Positions 20,268-30,119 are shown, counted from the stretch's first letter. The stretch: DNA of 40,443 bases from Candidatus Hydrogenedentota bacterium (GCA_034408725.1 JAWXCN010000153.1:1-40443); one strand, 5' to 3'. Notes: generated by a model from the letters alone, not told the origin. Program-made: numbers and translations.

Positions 20268-20933
20268 ATGCGGCTTAGTTGGGTTATAGCAGGCTGGTGT
20301 GTGGTGGCGTGCGCAACGGGCGCAAGAGAGTACACCGTCGATCATGACAAATCCGTGTTTGCGGTGGTGACGCATAAGGAGGGCGTTGCGTCGAAGCTGG
20401 CGCACGATCACCTTGTGTATCCCTCATCCCTTAAGACGACACTTGAGATTCCTGAAGATGGGTTCGAGAAGGCAGCGTTCTCGTTGTCGTTCAATGTCAC
20501 CGACCTTGTCGCGGATGAACCCGAGGCGCAGCGAAAATGGTTTCCGCTGATCGCTGAAGCGAAAGTGCTGAGTGAGCCTTTCAAGGCGGTGGGAGCGAAG
20601 GACCGCGAAACGGTTCGCGAACATATGCTCGCGCGGAATCAGTTGGACGCGGCGGCGCACCCGAAAATTTCGGCGAAGTTGTTATCGGTGCGCAAGGCTG
20701 AGCCGGACGAGAAAGTCTACAAATTTGTCGCGCGGGTAGCACTGACGGTGAAGGGGAAAACGGTCGAGCGCGATTGCCGGGCGTCATATGCAATCGAAGC
20801 TGCGCAGACTGTAATCGAAGTGCACGGCAAATTTAAGTTCACGGAATTTGGGATCAAGCCGTACAGCGCGTTTCTCGGCGCGGTAAAGAACACTGACGAG
20901 TTTGACGTTGTGGCGCATATTGCTGCGAACTGA
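20268..20933 (+). CDS. YceI-family lipid/polyisoprenoid-binding protein
   Basis: Signal peptide; LAHDH, QLDAAAHPKI and TEFGIKPYSAFLGAVK. Confidence 0.8.
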   Translation: MRLSWVIAGWCVVACATGAREYTVDHDKSVFAVVTHKEGVASKLAHDHLVYPSSLKTTLEIPEDGFEKAAFSLSFNVTDLVADEPEAQRKWFPLIAEAKVLSEPFKAVGAKDRETVREHMLARNQLDAAAHPKISAKLLSVRKAEPDEKVYKFVARVALTVKGKTVERDCRASYAIEAAQTVIEVHGKFKFTEFGIKPYSAFLGAVKNTDEFDVVAHIAAN

Positions 20934-21278
20934 GGGGACTGTCACCGGCAGCGCGTTTTGGCTGCCGGTGGCTGTCCCCGGACGATTGCCCTTTGCAATG
21001 ACATTCGTAGCGCGTAGGTCGCCAGACCGCGGCGCAAGCCGGAGCGATCGGACGGGTTCACTTCACGAATCGTTGTTGGGATTTGTGACTCCGCCATACG
21101 CCGAATCGGAATTCAGCGCTACATTGGCGCGGCGCTACGAAGGTACGAGCCAAAACACATCCCCCTAAATCCCCCTTCAAAAGGGGGACTTTCGAAGAGC
21201 GCGAATACGATTGTGACGACGGTTCCTCCAACGCCCTCCGAAGCGGCAGGGCTGCGGAGGACGGGTTACGATTACGAG
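20934..21278. repeat. Mosaic cluster of several REP-like families
   Basis: Hairpin 20934-20979 (related to 29126-29170); 21099-21122 matches the reverse complement of 12815-12838; 21158-21191 CCCCCTT/AAGGGGG element; 21225-21278 matches 5595-5648. Confidence 0.8.
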
Positions 21279-21279
21279 C

Positions 21280-21384
21280 GTTGTCGTATACCCACCTTTT
21301 GGGCGCCTAGAGTGCCTTGCCCCCTGGAACCCAAACATGCGCCGAGTTGTCGTATACCCACCTTTTAGCCTCGTAGAGTGCAAC
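21280..21384 (+). promoter_or_regulatory. Perfect 21-bp direct repeat pair plus GAGTGCAAC box upstream of the terminase operon
   Basis: GTTGTCGTATACCCACCTTTT at 21280-21300 and 21346-21366, each followed by TAGAGTGC; AGTGCAAC at 21377-21384. Confidence 0.55.
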
Positions 21385-21415
21385 ATCCCCGCCGTTATTT
21401 ACAGGAGGATGGTAA

Positions 21416-21925
21416 ATGGCGAGGCGAAGCAGGATTACCCGCAAGGAAATCGAAAAATGGGTTAAGGAACATCCCGCGTTTCAGGTGTTGACCGACGAGG
21501 AGCGGCAGCGGGTGATGTTTCTGATCGAGCGTATGGCGGGACCATTGGCGCGACAGGGAGAGCGGGCCGTTTTCTTTTTCTCCCGGCTGGATGATGCGTG
21601 GATTTCGCAGATGCTCACCGCGCGAGCGGATGAATTACTGCTCGGCAAATTGACAAAGGAGAACCTCGATATGGCACAAAAACTACGGGATCGCGAAAGG
21701 AAGAGTGCGGCCGGTTTGACTGAACTGGCGGAACCGGCGCCGCGCAAAGCGCAAACAGGCGGGTTGGCGAGCAGGTACCGTGCACTGATGAAAAAGACGG
21801 AAGGTGTCGAGGAAGTGGCAATCGCGGACACGGAACGCCGTCGGGCCATGCGGGAAACGGCGTCAGAGATAAGCAACGGTGGTGCATTGGAAGATGATGC
21901 CGTCGATGAAAACCGTGGAGAATAA
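21416..21925 (+). CDS. Hypothetical helical protein, candidate terminase small subunit
   Basis: Strong AGGAGG RBS; 169 aa, charged and helical; lies immediately upstream of terL. The TerS call is positional only. Confidence 0.55.
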   Translation: MARRSRITRKEIEKWVKEHPAFQVLTDEERQRVMFLIERMAGPLARQGERAVFFFSRLDDAWISQMLTARADELLLGKLTKENLDMAQKLRDRERKSAAGLTELAEPAPRKAQTGGLASRYRALMKKTEGVEEVAIADTERRRAMRETASEISNGGALEDDAVDENRGE

Positions 21926-21928
21926 GGA

Positions 21929-23395
21929 TTGGTGTTTCCATGGGACTCCGAAGGCTTGGCCAATGCGCTGCGCAGCAGGAAATGTTCAAAGCAAGAGGCA
22001 GCGCGGTTTGAGAAAGTAGCGCGGCGCGCCGAGTTCGCTCGTAATCACATTCTCGACGCCGACGGCAACGGCTGGGCGGCGCGCGATTACCAATCGAAAT
22101 CGCTTGAATCGCGCGCGTTGCGGAAAGTGCATTGCGATGGCCGCGACGTCGGCAAGACCGCGGAGATCGAGATCATCGCGGTGTGGGCAATGGTGACGCG
22201 GCCCGATACTGAAATGTTGATTGCGACGCAATGTGACAACCATTTGTTCCCCCTCATGAATCGTTTGATTCGCAGATTCGAGACGACGCCTGAATTTGCC
22301 GGAGACCTTGTGGAAGTGAAGCGGTCGCCGTCGTGGTACATGCGGTTCAGCAACGGGTTTGTGTTGTGGGGACGCATCGCGGGTCCGCACGGTATGAATT
22401 TCCAGGGTCTGCATGTGGATTGGCAGATTGTCGATGAAGCGCAGGAGATGACAGAGAGCGCGTGGGGTGAGTTGTACCAGGCGCTCAACGGCGGCGGCAG
22501 ACGCTGGGTGTACGGCGTGCCGAATGGGTTGCGCAACACGTTTTATCGCATGACGCAACAGCAGGGAGCGGAACAGTACCGATGGCCCTCGACGCTGAAT
22601 CCAGAGTTCGACGCGGCAAAAGACGCGGAGCTGGCGCTACTGTACGGCGGCAAGCGTTCGCCGGGGTACCTGCACCGCGTGCTGGGCGAACACGGTGCGC
22701 CCGCGCATGGTGTGTTCGATTTGAACGATTATCTTGCGTGCGTGGACGAGTCGCTCGACTTTCACGATATTGCGCTGAACGAAGGCGATACGTTCGAGGC
22801 GCCGGGCGTTGCGGACGGGGCGTATTACCTCGGCTGCGATTTGGGGTATGCGCGCGATCCGTCGGAATTTGTGGTGTATCGCAGCGAGCCGCCGCATTTG
22901 GTGAATGTGTTGCGCGTGCATCTCGAGGGCGTGAACTACGCGCGCCAACAGCAGGTGATTATCGAGCTTGACCGCGCGTACAGGTTTCGCATGATTGGAA
23001 TTGACGCGGGAAATAGCGGCCGGGCCATCGCGCACAACTTGATGGCCCAGGTGGAAGATTTTTGCGACAGGATGCGGTGCATCGAATTCGGCGGAATGGT
23101 TGAACTTGAACCGTTGCCGGACGGTTCGCCGGACCGGCGTCCTGCGAAGTCGTTCATGACGGAATTGATTCAACGCGAGATGATGCAGCGGACGATTGTG
23201 TTTCCGCGATTGCCGGACCGGGAAGCGCAGTATGCGTCGCACACGTATTCAATCGGCATGACCGGGCAGATTATTTTTGACAAGGGCGGCGACCATCTAA
23301 TTGACGCGGATCGATGCGCGCTGTTGGCATGGCACTATGATACGCGGAGGTGCGAGCGTGGTCCGATGCTCGGGGTGGATGTCAGACGGTTTTAG
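21929..23395 (+). CDS. terL: Phage-type terminase large subunit
   Basis: Q-motif RDYQ, Walker A GRDVGKT, Walker B WQIVDEAQ, motif III-like YGVPNG; RNase H-like nuclease acidic motifs YLGCDLG...D, GIDAG and DHLIDA. Confidence 0.9.
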   Translation: MVFPWDSEGLANALRSRKCSKQEAARFEKVARRAEFARNHILDADGNGWAARDYQSKSLESRALRKVHCDGRDVGKTAEIEIIAVWAMVTRPDTEMLIATQCDNHLFPLMNRLIRRFETTPEFAGDLVEVKRSPSWYMRFSNGFVLWGRIAGPHGMNFQGLHVDWQIVDEAQEMTESAWGELYQALNGGGRRWVYGVPNGLRNTFYRMTQQQGAEQYRWPSTLNPEFDAAKDAELALLYGGKRSPGYLHRVLGEHGAPAHGVFDLNDYLACVDESLDFHDIALNEGDTFEAPGVADGAYYLGCDLGYARDPSEFVVYRSEPPHLVNVLRVHLEGVNYARQQQVIIELDRAYRFRMIGIDAGNSGRAIAHNLMAQVEDFCDRMRCIEFGGMVELEPLPDGSPDRRPAKSFMTELIQREMMQRTIVFPRLPDREAQYASHTYSIGMTGQIIFDKGGDHLIDADRCALLAWHYDTRRCERGPMLGVDVRRF

Positions 23396-23413
23396 GGGCG
23401 AATTGGCGGCGCT

Positions 23414-23626
23414 TTAGCGGATGATTGGGCGCGCTACGGGCACTACGCGAATATCCGTGGTGTGGTAGCGGCTTATACCGACTAATACTTGCGGCGCCGC
23501 GGAGATGGATGGAGCGGACGAACTGTTTCCCAGCATGGCTACGGCGCCCAACACGACCAGCGTGCCCATGAGCGCGCTCATGGCGAGGGTGGCTACCGGT
23601 TTCATCTCATTCAGAATTGCGGTCAT
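23414..23626 (-). CDS. Small hypothetical membrane or secreted protein
   Basis: 70-aa ORF with a hydrophobic N-terminal segment and a purine-rich sequence upstream. Confidence 0.4.
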   Translation of the reverse strand: MTAILNEMKPVATLAMSALMGTLVVLGAVAMLGNSSSAPSISAAPQVLVGISRYHTTDIRVVPVARPIIR

Positions 23627-23925
23627 TGCTCGTATCCCTTTGGCCTCTATGGCCGTACCCGAAAAGAATCATACCACATCCGGGTGAAAAATTCCTGGCG
23701 GCCGTGGTTGCCGTACTTAATTGGACGCAGAAGCGGCGGGGGTATTCATGGATGGGGAAATGGGACTTATAGGACCTATATGGGACTTATGAGATAAACA
23801 AAAACTATTTACTGGGGAGCCGATTCGATGGTGCAGGCTGTCACTCACTGGGTGTCTCCGGACATGGGCGGCGCTTTTGCATTGCGGGTGGAGGAAAGTT
23901 AGGCTTGCTGGTTGGAGGGTAGGGC

Positions 23926-25518
23926 ATGTTTCGATGGTCATTTTGGCGGAAGGTGTTGATTGGGTTCGTGGTGTTGATCGTGCTGCTCGCGGGTTTTTTG
24001 GCGTACCGGATGAAGGGGCCGGACCGGGGGTATCGCGTTGATTTGGCGCTCCCGGTGGCGGGTTCAGGTCCTGTGCCGGGGGTGCTCGAGGTGGGCGTGG
24101 CGATGCGCGATATCACGCCAGATTTGAGCAGGTACGATTCGTGGACCGACGCCAACGATGACGGAAAGTTTTCAGAAGGCGACGGCGATTCCTGGCAGGA
24201 CTCGAACGGCAACGGCAAACGCGATCTGGTGTGGATGGCGGGGTTTTCCGATAACCGTCCGGCAAAGGGTGTTCACGACAAGCTGTGGGCGCGGGCAATC
24301 GCGTTCCGCAACAACGGCGTGACGGTCGCGATGGTGACCATCGACAGCATCGGCATTCTGCACGAGAAATTCATCACGGTGCGCAAGAACATCGATCCGT
24401 CGTTGAAGATCGATCATGTGATGTTTTCTACGCTGCACAATCACGAGTCCCCGGATACGATGGGGATATGGAGCAACATCGACGGCGTGGGCGCAATCCT
24501 ATGGAAAGCGAACTTCGACTATGGATACATGGCGTTGGTGCAGGACGCGTGCAAGCAGGCCGTGGAAGAGGCCGTGCGCGCGTTGCAACCCGCGGACATG
24601 ACCATTGCCGAGGATACGATTGAACCCGACGGGTTTGTGGACGACAGCCGCCTGCCGCTGGTTTACGATTTAAGGATATGCTCCGCGCGATTTGTGAAAC
24701 ATGGCACGGACGAAACGATAGCTACGATGGTGTCGTGGGGAAACCATGTCGAAACGCTGGGCAGCACCAACTCATTGCTTACAAGCGATTTCGCGCACTA
24801 CCTGCGCGAGGGAATGGAAAAGGGCGTGGGCGAACCGAACGGCGTGGAAGGGTTCGGCGGCATGAGCCTGTATTTTCAAGGCATGGTCGGCGGACTAATG
24901 ACGCAATTGCACACCACCGTGCCGCACCGGGACGGGGTACAAAAATTCGAGCACGGAACGTTTGAGAAGGCGCAGGCGCTGGGCGAGAACGTGGCAATTG
25001 TGGCGGCGAAATCGTTGCGCGGCGACGCGGTAACGACAAGCGAGAACTCGAAAGTGGCAGTGGCCGCGCAGACGATCTTTGCGCCGGTGAGCGGCATGTA
25101 CGGTTATGCGATTGCCCTGGGCTTGATTCACCCCGGGTGGTACTGGGGCAAGGCGCGCACCGAGGTGAACGCATTCTGTATCGGTGATTTGGAAATTCTG
25201 ACGATACCGGGCGAGTTGTATCCCGAGATTGGCGAAGGCGGCGTCGAAGCGCCCGAGGGAGGAGATTTCCCCGGAGAGCCAATCGAGGTTCCGCCGTTGC
25301 GCAAGCAAATGCGCGGCAAGGTGAACATGGTCATCGGGCTCGCCAACGACGAGATCGGGTACATCATTCCGAAGACGCAATGGGACGTCGATCCGCCGTT
25401 CGCGTATGGACGCGACAAGGATCAATATGGGGAAGAAAATTCCGGCGGCCCGGATGTCGCGCCGGTGATTCATAAGGAGGCGTTGGCGGTGCTGGAGCGG
25501 TTGCATGGGTTGTTGTAG
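23926..25518 (+). CDS. Neutral/alkaline ceramidase-like membrane-anchored hydrolase
   Basis: N-terminal TM segment; GVHDKLWARA, STLHNHESPDT, GNHVE, TIPGELYPE and GLANDEIGYI. Confidence 0.75.
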   Translation: MFRWSFWRKVLIGFVVLIVLLAGFLAYRMKGPDRGYRVDLALPVAGSGPVPGVLEVGVAMRDITPDLSRYDSWTDANDDGKFSEGDGDSWQDSNGNGKRDLVWMAGFSDNRPAKGVHDKLWARAIAFRNNGVTVAMVTIDSIGILHEKFITVRKNIDPSLKIDHVMFSTLHNHESPDTMGIWSNIDGVGAILWKANFDYGYMALVQDACKQAVEEAVRALQPADMTIAEDTIEPDGFVDDSRLPLVYDLRICSARFVKHGTDETIATMVSWGNHVETLGSTNSLLTSDFAHYLREGMEKGVGEPNGVEGFGGMSLYFQGMVGGLMTQLHTTVPHRDGVQKFEHGTFEKAQALGENVAIVAAKSLRGDAVTTSENSKVAVAAQTIFAPVSGMYGYAIALGLIHPGWYWGKARTEVNAFCIGDLEILTIPGELYPEIGEGGVEAPEGGDFPGEPIEVPPLRKQMRGKVNMVIGLANDEIGYIIPKTQWDVDPPFAYGRDKDQYGEENSGGPDVAPVIHKEALAVLERLHGLL

Positions 25519-25951
25519 CGGTTATATACCCATATCAACGGGCACCATATGAGCATCAACGCCAAGATTGAAAGATTCAACGCCGTGAATATGGCTAACG
25601 GGTATAATGCGATTGAAATCCGTAGTCCATTGGAGATTGATTTTGGAGACCAAGTCTAAAACTTTTGATTGCGTCGACTTGAAGAACCGTATTCAGTCGG
25701 AACGCTTTGCCGAGTACCTTGAGCACTAGGAAGAATTTGATTCTTACGCGACCTTTATCGCGGCTCGCACGGAAAAGTCTGCTTGGGTTCGTGACATGCT
25801 TCGACGATTTCGGCCGGAAGTGAATACCGGCGATTAGCACGTCCGTTTGGCCACGTGCTTGTCGCGTTTCTCTTGACCCGGCTACGAAGCGCTCTCTTGT
25901 GCGCCGTGCTGTTCGATTACGTGAAACCAGGAACGAGGGGGCTCCAAATCC

Positions 25952-26869
25952 ATGAGATTTTCGCTTTTAATCATATGCTTTGCGCTATCGGTATCCGCGC
26001 AATCCAAAATCACCATCGCGCACCGGGGCGCGAGCGGGTATGTGCCGGAGCATACGCTCGAAGCGTATGCGATGGCGCATGCGATGGGCGCAGATTATAT
26101 CGAACCGGACGTGGTGCTGACGAAGGACAAGGTGTTTATTTGTCTGCACGACATTCATCTTGAGTCGACGACAGACGTTGAACAGAAATTTCCCGATCGA
26201 AAGCGCGCGGACGGGAAATGGTACGCGGCGGATTTTACACTCAGCGAGATCAAGCAGCTTCGCGCGCATGAGCGCCTTACCAACCGTTTTCCGCAAGACA
26301 AGTCGTCATTTGAAGTGCCGGCATTCACCGAGATGATCGAACTGGTGCAGGGTTTGAACGAGACGACGGGTCGCGAGACGGGCATTTACCCGGAACTCAA
26401 ACAGCCCGCTTGGCATCGGGAAAATGGTTTACCGATGGAGGAGGCGTTTCTTGCGGTGATGACGCAACATGGTTATACGGGCAGGGAGGCGAACGTGTTT
26501 GTGCAATGTTTCGAGCCGGATGCCTTGAAGCGGATGCGGTTAGAACTTAATTCCGAATTGCCACAGGTGCAGGTGATGGGCACGGACAAAGCCGATTTGG
26601 CGATGTTGACGAAGGAAGGCATCGCGGCGATTGCGTTGTATGCGAACGGGATAGGGCCGAACAAGGCGAGCGTGGAAGCGAACCCGGACTTGGTCAAATG
26701 GGCGCACGCGAGCGGACTGGTCGTGCATCCGTACACATTCCGCGCGGACACGTTGCCGTCGAAATACAAAACTTGCGATTTAGAACTCAAGCAGTTCTAT
26801 GATGTATACGGTGTCGACGGCATGTTCACGGATCATCCCGACAAGACGGTGGCATTCGTGAAACGTTAA
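25952..26869 (+). CDS. glpQ: Glycerophosphodiester phosphodiesterase, secreted
   Basis: IAHRGASGYVPEHT, DYIEPDVVLTKD, LHD, YPELK and GVDGMFTDHP. Confidence 0.93.
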   Translation: MRFSLLIICFALSVSAQSKITIAHRGASGYVPEHTLEAYAMAHAMGADYIEPDVVLTKDKVFICLHDIHLESTTDVEQKFPDRKRADGKWYAADFTLSEIKQLRAHERLTNRFPQDKSSFEVPAFTEMIELVQGLNETTGRETGIYPELKQPAWHRENGLPMEEAFLAVMTQHGYTGREANVFVQCFEPDALKRMRLELNSELPQVQVMGTDKADLAMLTKEGIAAIALYANGIGPNKASVEANPDLVKWAHASGLVVHPYTFRADTLPSKYKTCDLELKQFYDVYGVDGMFTDHPDKTVAFVKR

Positions 26870-26896
26870 AAAGCGTAAAAATTTATCCATTCGGTA

Positions 26897-27946
26897 ATGC
26901 GGGGGTGCGGTATGGCGATGGCGTCGCGGTTTTGGACGGCCATGTACGGAAAATGGCGAAGCGCGAAGGTTGCGCGCGCGCCGGGTTATTCGATTCTGAT
27001 GATGGTGCCCGGCGATTTGCCGGTGTTTTTAGATTTGGCGTTGGACGTGTGCGGCGCGCAGGACCTGACCCATTGCGCGGAGATTCTGGTCATTCCTGAT
27101 CGGCCACTGCCCGAGTTTCGCAAACGATTCGCGGCGTGCGCGGAAGAGCGGCCAAACCTTCCGCTACGTTTCGTGAAGCTGCCTTTGATCGATCGGATGG
27201 TCACGAAGCGCATGAACCATCCCCATCACAATTATTTTCTCCAGGTGAAAAACGGGATCGACGCGTCGCGCACCTCGCACGTGTTGTTGCACGACGCGGA
27301 CCTGTTCATCGTCGAACCCCATTTCTTGAAGACACATTACGAACTGTGCGTCGAAGGGAAATTCGCGTGTATGGGCCTAAGCCCGGTTTGGGACCAATGG
27401 TTCCGGGACAACGGTTATCCGTGGGTGACAGCGACGTGGGAACTGCTCATCGACGTGGCGTGGGCGCAGCAGTTTCCGCCGCACAAGCATCACGGCCACC
27501 GGGACGTGTTGAATGGCGTCGCGCACGATTTTGATGCGACGTTGTTGCCGCAGTGTCTGACCCCACCCGAGCGGATTGGCCGGCACCAGGAGGATTGGGG
27601 GTTTGTCCATTTTAATTATGTAATTAGCACCTACCGGTGGTTTCAGCGTAGTGGACGGCGGTTCGAGGACACGAACTTTCGCGTGTTGCTGGTGCGATTG
27701 CTAATTGACGCATGTGATCGATCCGGGTGGGAGTATGAGGCGCCGCCGATTGGAGACCTGGTGAAAGGACTTCGTGATCCGTCGCGCAGGGTGACATTCA
27801 CGAAACAGGAGACGCGCAAGAACTATCCCGAGTTTCGCGCGAAGTTGGGGGAGTTGCTCGAGAAAGGCCGGTTATCCGCGGCGCAGTGCGAAAGTATTCG
27901 GCGTGGGATTGAGCCGTTTGACAAGGCGTTTGATTGGCGGCATTGA
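26897..27946 (+). CDS. Putative GT-A fold glycosyltransferase
   Basis: DxD motif LLHDADLF after a Rossmann-like N-terminus; neighbouring cell-envelope genes. Confidence 0.55.
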   Translation: MRGCGMAMASRFWTAMYGKWRSAKVARAPGYSILMMVPGDLPVFLDLALDVCGAQDLTHCAEILVIPDRPLPEFRKRFAACAEERPNLPLRFVKLPLIDRMVTKRMNHPHHNYFLQVKNGIDASRTSHVLLHDADLFIVEPHFLKTHYELCVEGKFACMGLSPVWDQWFRDNGYPWVTATWELLIDVAWAQQFPPHKHHGHRDVLNGVAHDFDATLLPQCLTPPERIGRHQEDWGFVHFNYVISTYRWFQRSGRRFEDTNFRVLLVRLLIDACDRSGWEYEAPPIGDLVKGLRDPSRRVTFTKQETRKNYPEFRAKLGELLEKGRLSAAQCESIRRGIEPFDKAFDWRH

Positions 27947-28118
27947 CGATTTTAGATTTTGGATTAAAGAAAAACGAGGAGAATGGGTTGCCGACCCGAA
28001 GCAGGGTGGAGACCTGCGGTCGGGGTGGTGGCGCGGTCGGGAGACCGGCCACAACGCAACTGCCACAACGCAGGTACCATAACGCAGCTACCACAGCGCA
28101 GCTGTTTTTTCGGTCCTT

Positions 28119-29123
28119 TTAGTTCTTTAGGTCCTTTCGGTAGGTGATGACCGAATCGTGGATGACGCAGCCAATATTCTGCACGCTGCGTTGCAGGGAG
28201 TGGTTCAGGATATTGGTTGCGATGGCGCCGCGTAGGGCGCCGGCGTCGCGGAGATGGGCGAGCACGCTTGAGGTCATGCGGCGGAACACACCTTGGTTCC
28301 AGTAGCGCGAATCTACTGCGCCAAGCTGGTTCAACTCGCAATTCACGCCCGTAATCGCTTCGAGTTCCGGGCGATGTTTCCAGAATGTAATGCCCGCAAC
28401 CTGACCTTCGTAACGCGCGACCCACACCAAATCCGAGTAACCGTGAAACGCGTTTCTTCCCCATTCCCAATAGAACTGCGGGACCTTGTCGCGCGGAATC
28501 AGCGGGTCGATATTGAAACGGTCCATGAGCGCGTAGTTGGTGCTGGTGAGCCGCGCGACGGCTTCTTCCTCATCGGGACGCGCGGGGCCATATTCGTATC
28601 CGTCATGCGGAGTGAAGTGAGATGCGACGGTCGCGGCGTCAGCGAGATAATCGAGATGGACCGACAGCATTTCAAAACCGGCGTGGCCCATCGCCGCGAT
28701 TACTCCGAGGTTCGCGGGGGATGCTTTGTGGAGCGCCATGTCGTGGCCTTCTTCCCGCCAAAGATCGCACACGGTTTCCAACACATCCAGCGCGGCGGCG
28801 GGCCCGGCGGATTCGGAGAACATGAAATGCTCGATCGACATGGAAGAAATACCGAGTACCGTGGCGTCCCACGCGAGATAGCGCGCGATGATGAGGCAGG
28901 GTACTTGCGGCGCAAAAAACGTCATGCTGTGTTCGTTCGCGTGCAACTCGCAGATTTCGTGGATGTGGTAGCCGGCCCAGCGCGATTCTTCCATGCCGGG
29001 CAATGTGCGCAGGGGCAGACTTTTCCGTTCGGCGATCCATGCGCGCAAAAGTGTTTCGGGGATCGCGTCGCGCAGGGGCGTTTCGCGTGGGATTAGATCG
29101 ATCACGTTGATGCTTTCGTACAT
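28119..29123 (-). CDS. GNAT acetyltransferase, WecD (TDP-fucosamine acetyltransferase)-like
   Basis: YLAWDATVLG, DRFNIDPLI...FYWEW and acetyl-CoA motif AVDSRYWNQGV. Confidence 0.7.
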   Translation of the reverse strand: MYESINVIDLIPRETPLRDAIPETLLRAWIAERKSLPLRTLPGMEESRWAGYHIHEICELHANEHSMTFFAPQVPCLIIARYLAWDATVLGISSMSIEHFMFSESAGPAAALDVLETVCDLWREEGHDMALHKASPANLGVIAAMGHAGFEMLSVHLDYLADAATVASHFTPHDGYEYGPARPDEEEAVARLTSTNYALMDRFNIDPLIPRDKVPQFYWEWGRNAFHGYSDLVWVARYEGQVAGITFWKHRPELEAITGVNCELNQLGAVDSRYWNQGVFRRMTSSVLAHLRDAGALRGAIATNILNHSLQRSVQNIGCVIHDSVITYRKDLKN

Positions 29124-29125
29124 TT

Positions 29126-29170
29126 CGGGACAACCACCGCGCGCGTTGGGCGCGCGCGGTGGTTGTCCCG
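29126..29170. repeat. Perfect 20-bp hairpin filling the whole intergenic gap
   Basis: CGGGACAACCACCGCGCGCG-ttggg-CGCGCGCGGTGGTTGTCCCG. Confidence 0.9.
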
Positions 29171-29171
29171 G

Positions 29172-30119
29172 TTATTCGATGATTTCTTTGACCACGTAGT
29201 AGGGGCGGTTCTGCACTTCGATGTAGATGCGGCTGATGTATTCACACATGAGGCCAGTGGCGATGAGTTGCACGCCGGAGAGAATGAAGAACAGGGCGAC
29301 GACGGTCCCGAGTTGGCGGTCGTCGCCTTGAAACACGCGAACATACGCGACGCGCATGGCCATGAAAAAACCGATGCCGGCGAAAACCCAGCCGAGCGCG
29401 CCAAGTATTTGTAGTGGCGCGGCAGTGACGCTGGTGACGAGGTCGAAGCCCGTGCGAAGCAGCTTGCGCAACCCGTATTTGCTCGTGCCGGCAGAGCGCT
29501 CGACGTGATCGACGGGAACTTCCGCGGTCGAAACACCGAGCCACGCGACGTCTACAGAAAGATAGCGCGAGTGATGGGTGAAGCGGAGCAGCATTTCAAT
29601 GACGTTGCGGCGGAACGCTTTCAGCGCGCAACCGGCGTCGTTAAATTGCGCGTTGGTGGTTTTCTTGATCAGATAGTTCAGGAAGCGGGAGGGCAGGGTG
29701 CGCGCGACGGAATCGTTGCGACCTTGCCGCCAGCCGTTGACGAAGTCGTAGCCTTCATCGAGCTTGTGGATTAGTTTGGCCAATTCCTCCGGCGGATTCT
29801 GCAGATCGGCGTCGAGCATGACAATGATCTCGCCGCGAACGTGGGCGAATCCGGCGTAGAGCGCGGGGCTTTGGCCAAAATTGCGCGCGAGACGGACGAT
29901 GCGCAGGCGCGAGTCTTCTTCTCGAATTGCTTTCAGTAATTCGACACTGCCATCGGTACTGCCGTCATCCACGACGATGATTTCGAACGAGCGTCCCAGG
30001 CCTTCCATGGTCTCGGTAAGGCGGCGGTGCAGTTCGCGAATATTGGGTTCCTCGTTGAATACGGGCACGACGACGGAGACTTCCGGTGGGGTAGAAGTCG
30101 ATGCGAATTCGGTGGACAT
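29172..30119 (-). CDS. GT2 polyprenol-phosphate glycosyltransferase (ArnC/GtrB-like)
   Basis: VSVVVPVFNEE, VDDGSTD, RNFGQ, DADLQNPPE, two C-terminal TM helices and EVQNRPYYVV. Confidence 0.9.
   Translation of the reverse strand: MSTEFASTSTPPEVSVVVPVFNEEPNIRELHRRLTETMEGLGRSFEIIVVDDGSTDGSVELLKAIREEDSRLRIVRLARNFGQSPALYAGFAHVRGEIIVMLDADLQNPPEELAKLIHKLDEGYDFVNGWRQGRNDSVARTLPSRFLNYLIKKTTNAQFNDAGCALKAFRRNVIEMLLRFTHHSRYLSVDVAWLGVSTAEVPVDHVERSAGTSKYGLRKLLRTGFDLVTSVTAAPLQILGALGWVFAGIGFFMAMRVAYVRVFQGDDRQLGTVVALFFILSGVQLIATGLMCEYISRIYIEVQNRPYYVVKEIIE

Noticed and set aside
21280-21366. Two-repeat mini-CRISPR
   Set aside because: Only two 21-bp non-palindromic copies, with similarity extending beyond them and no cas context; treated as a regulatory duplication.
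25549-25840. Possible decayed gene in the AT-richer gap before glpQ
   Set aside because: Short + strand frames broken by stops and a frameshift look vaguely protein-like, but I cannot recognise a family.
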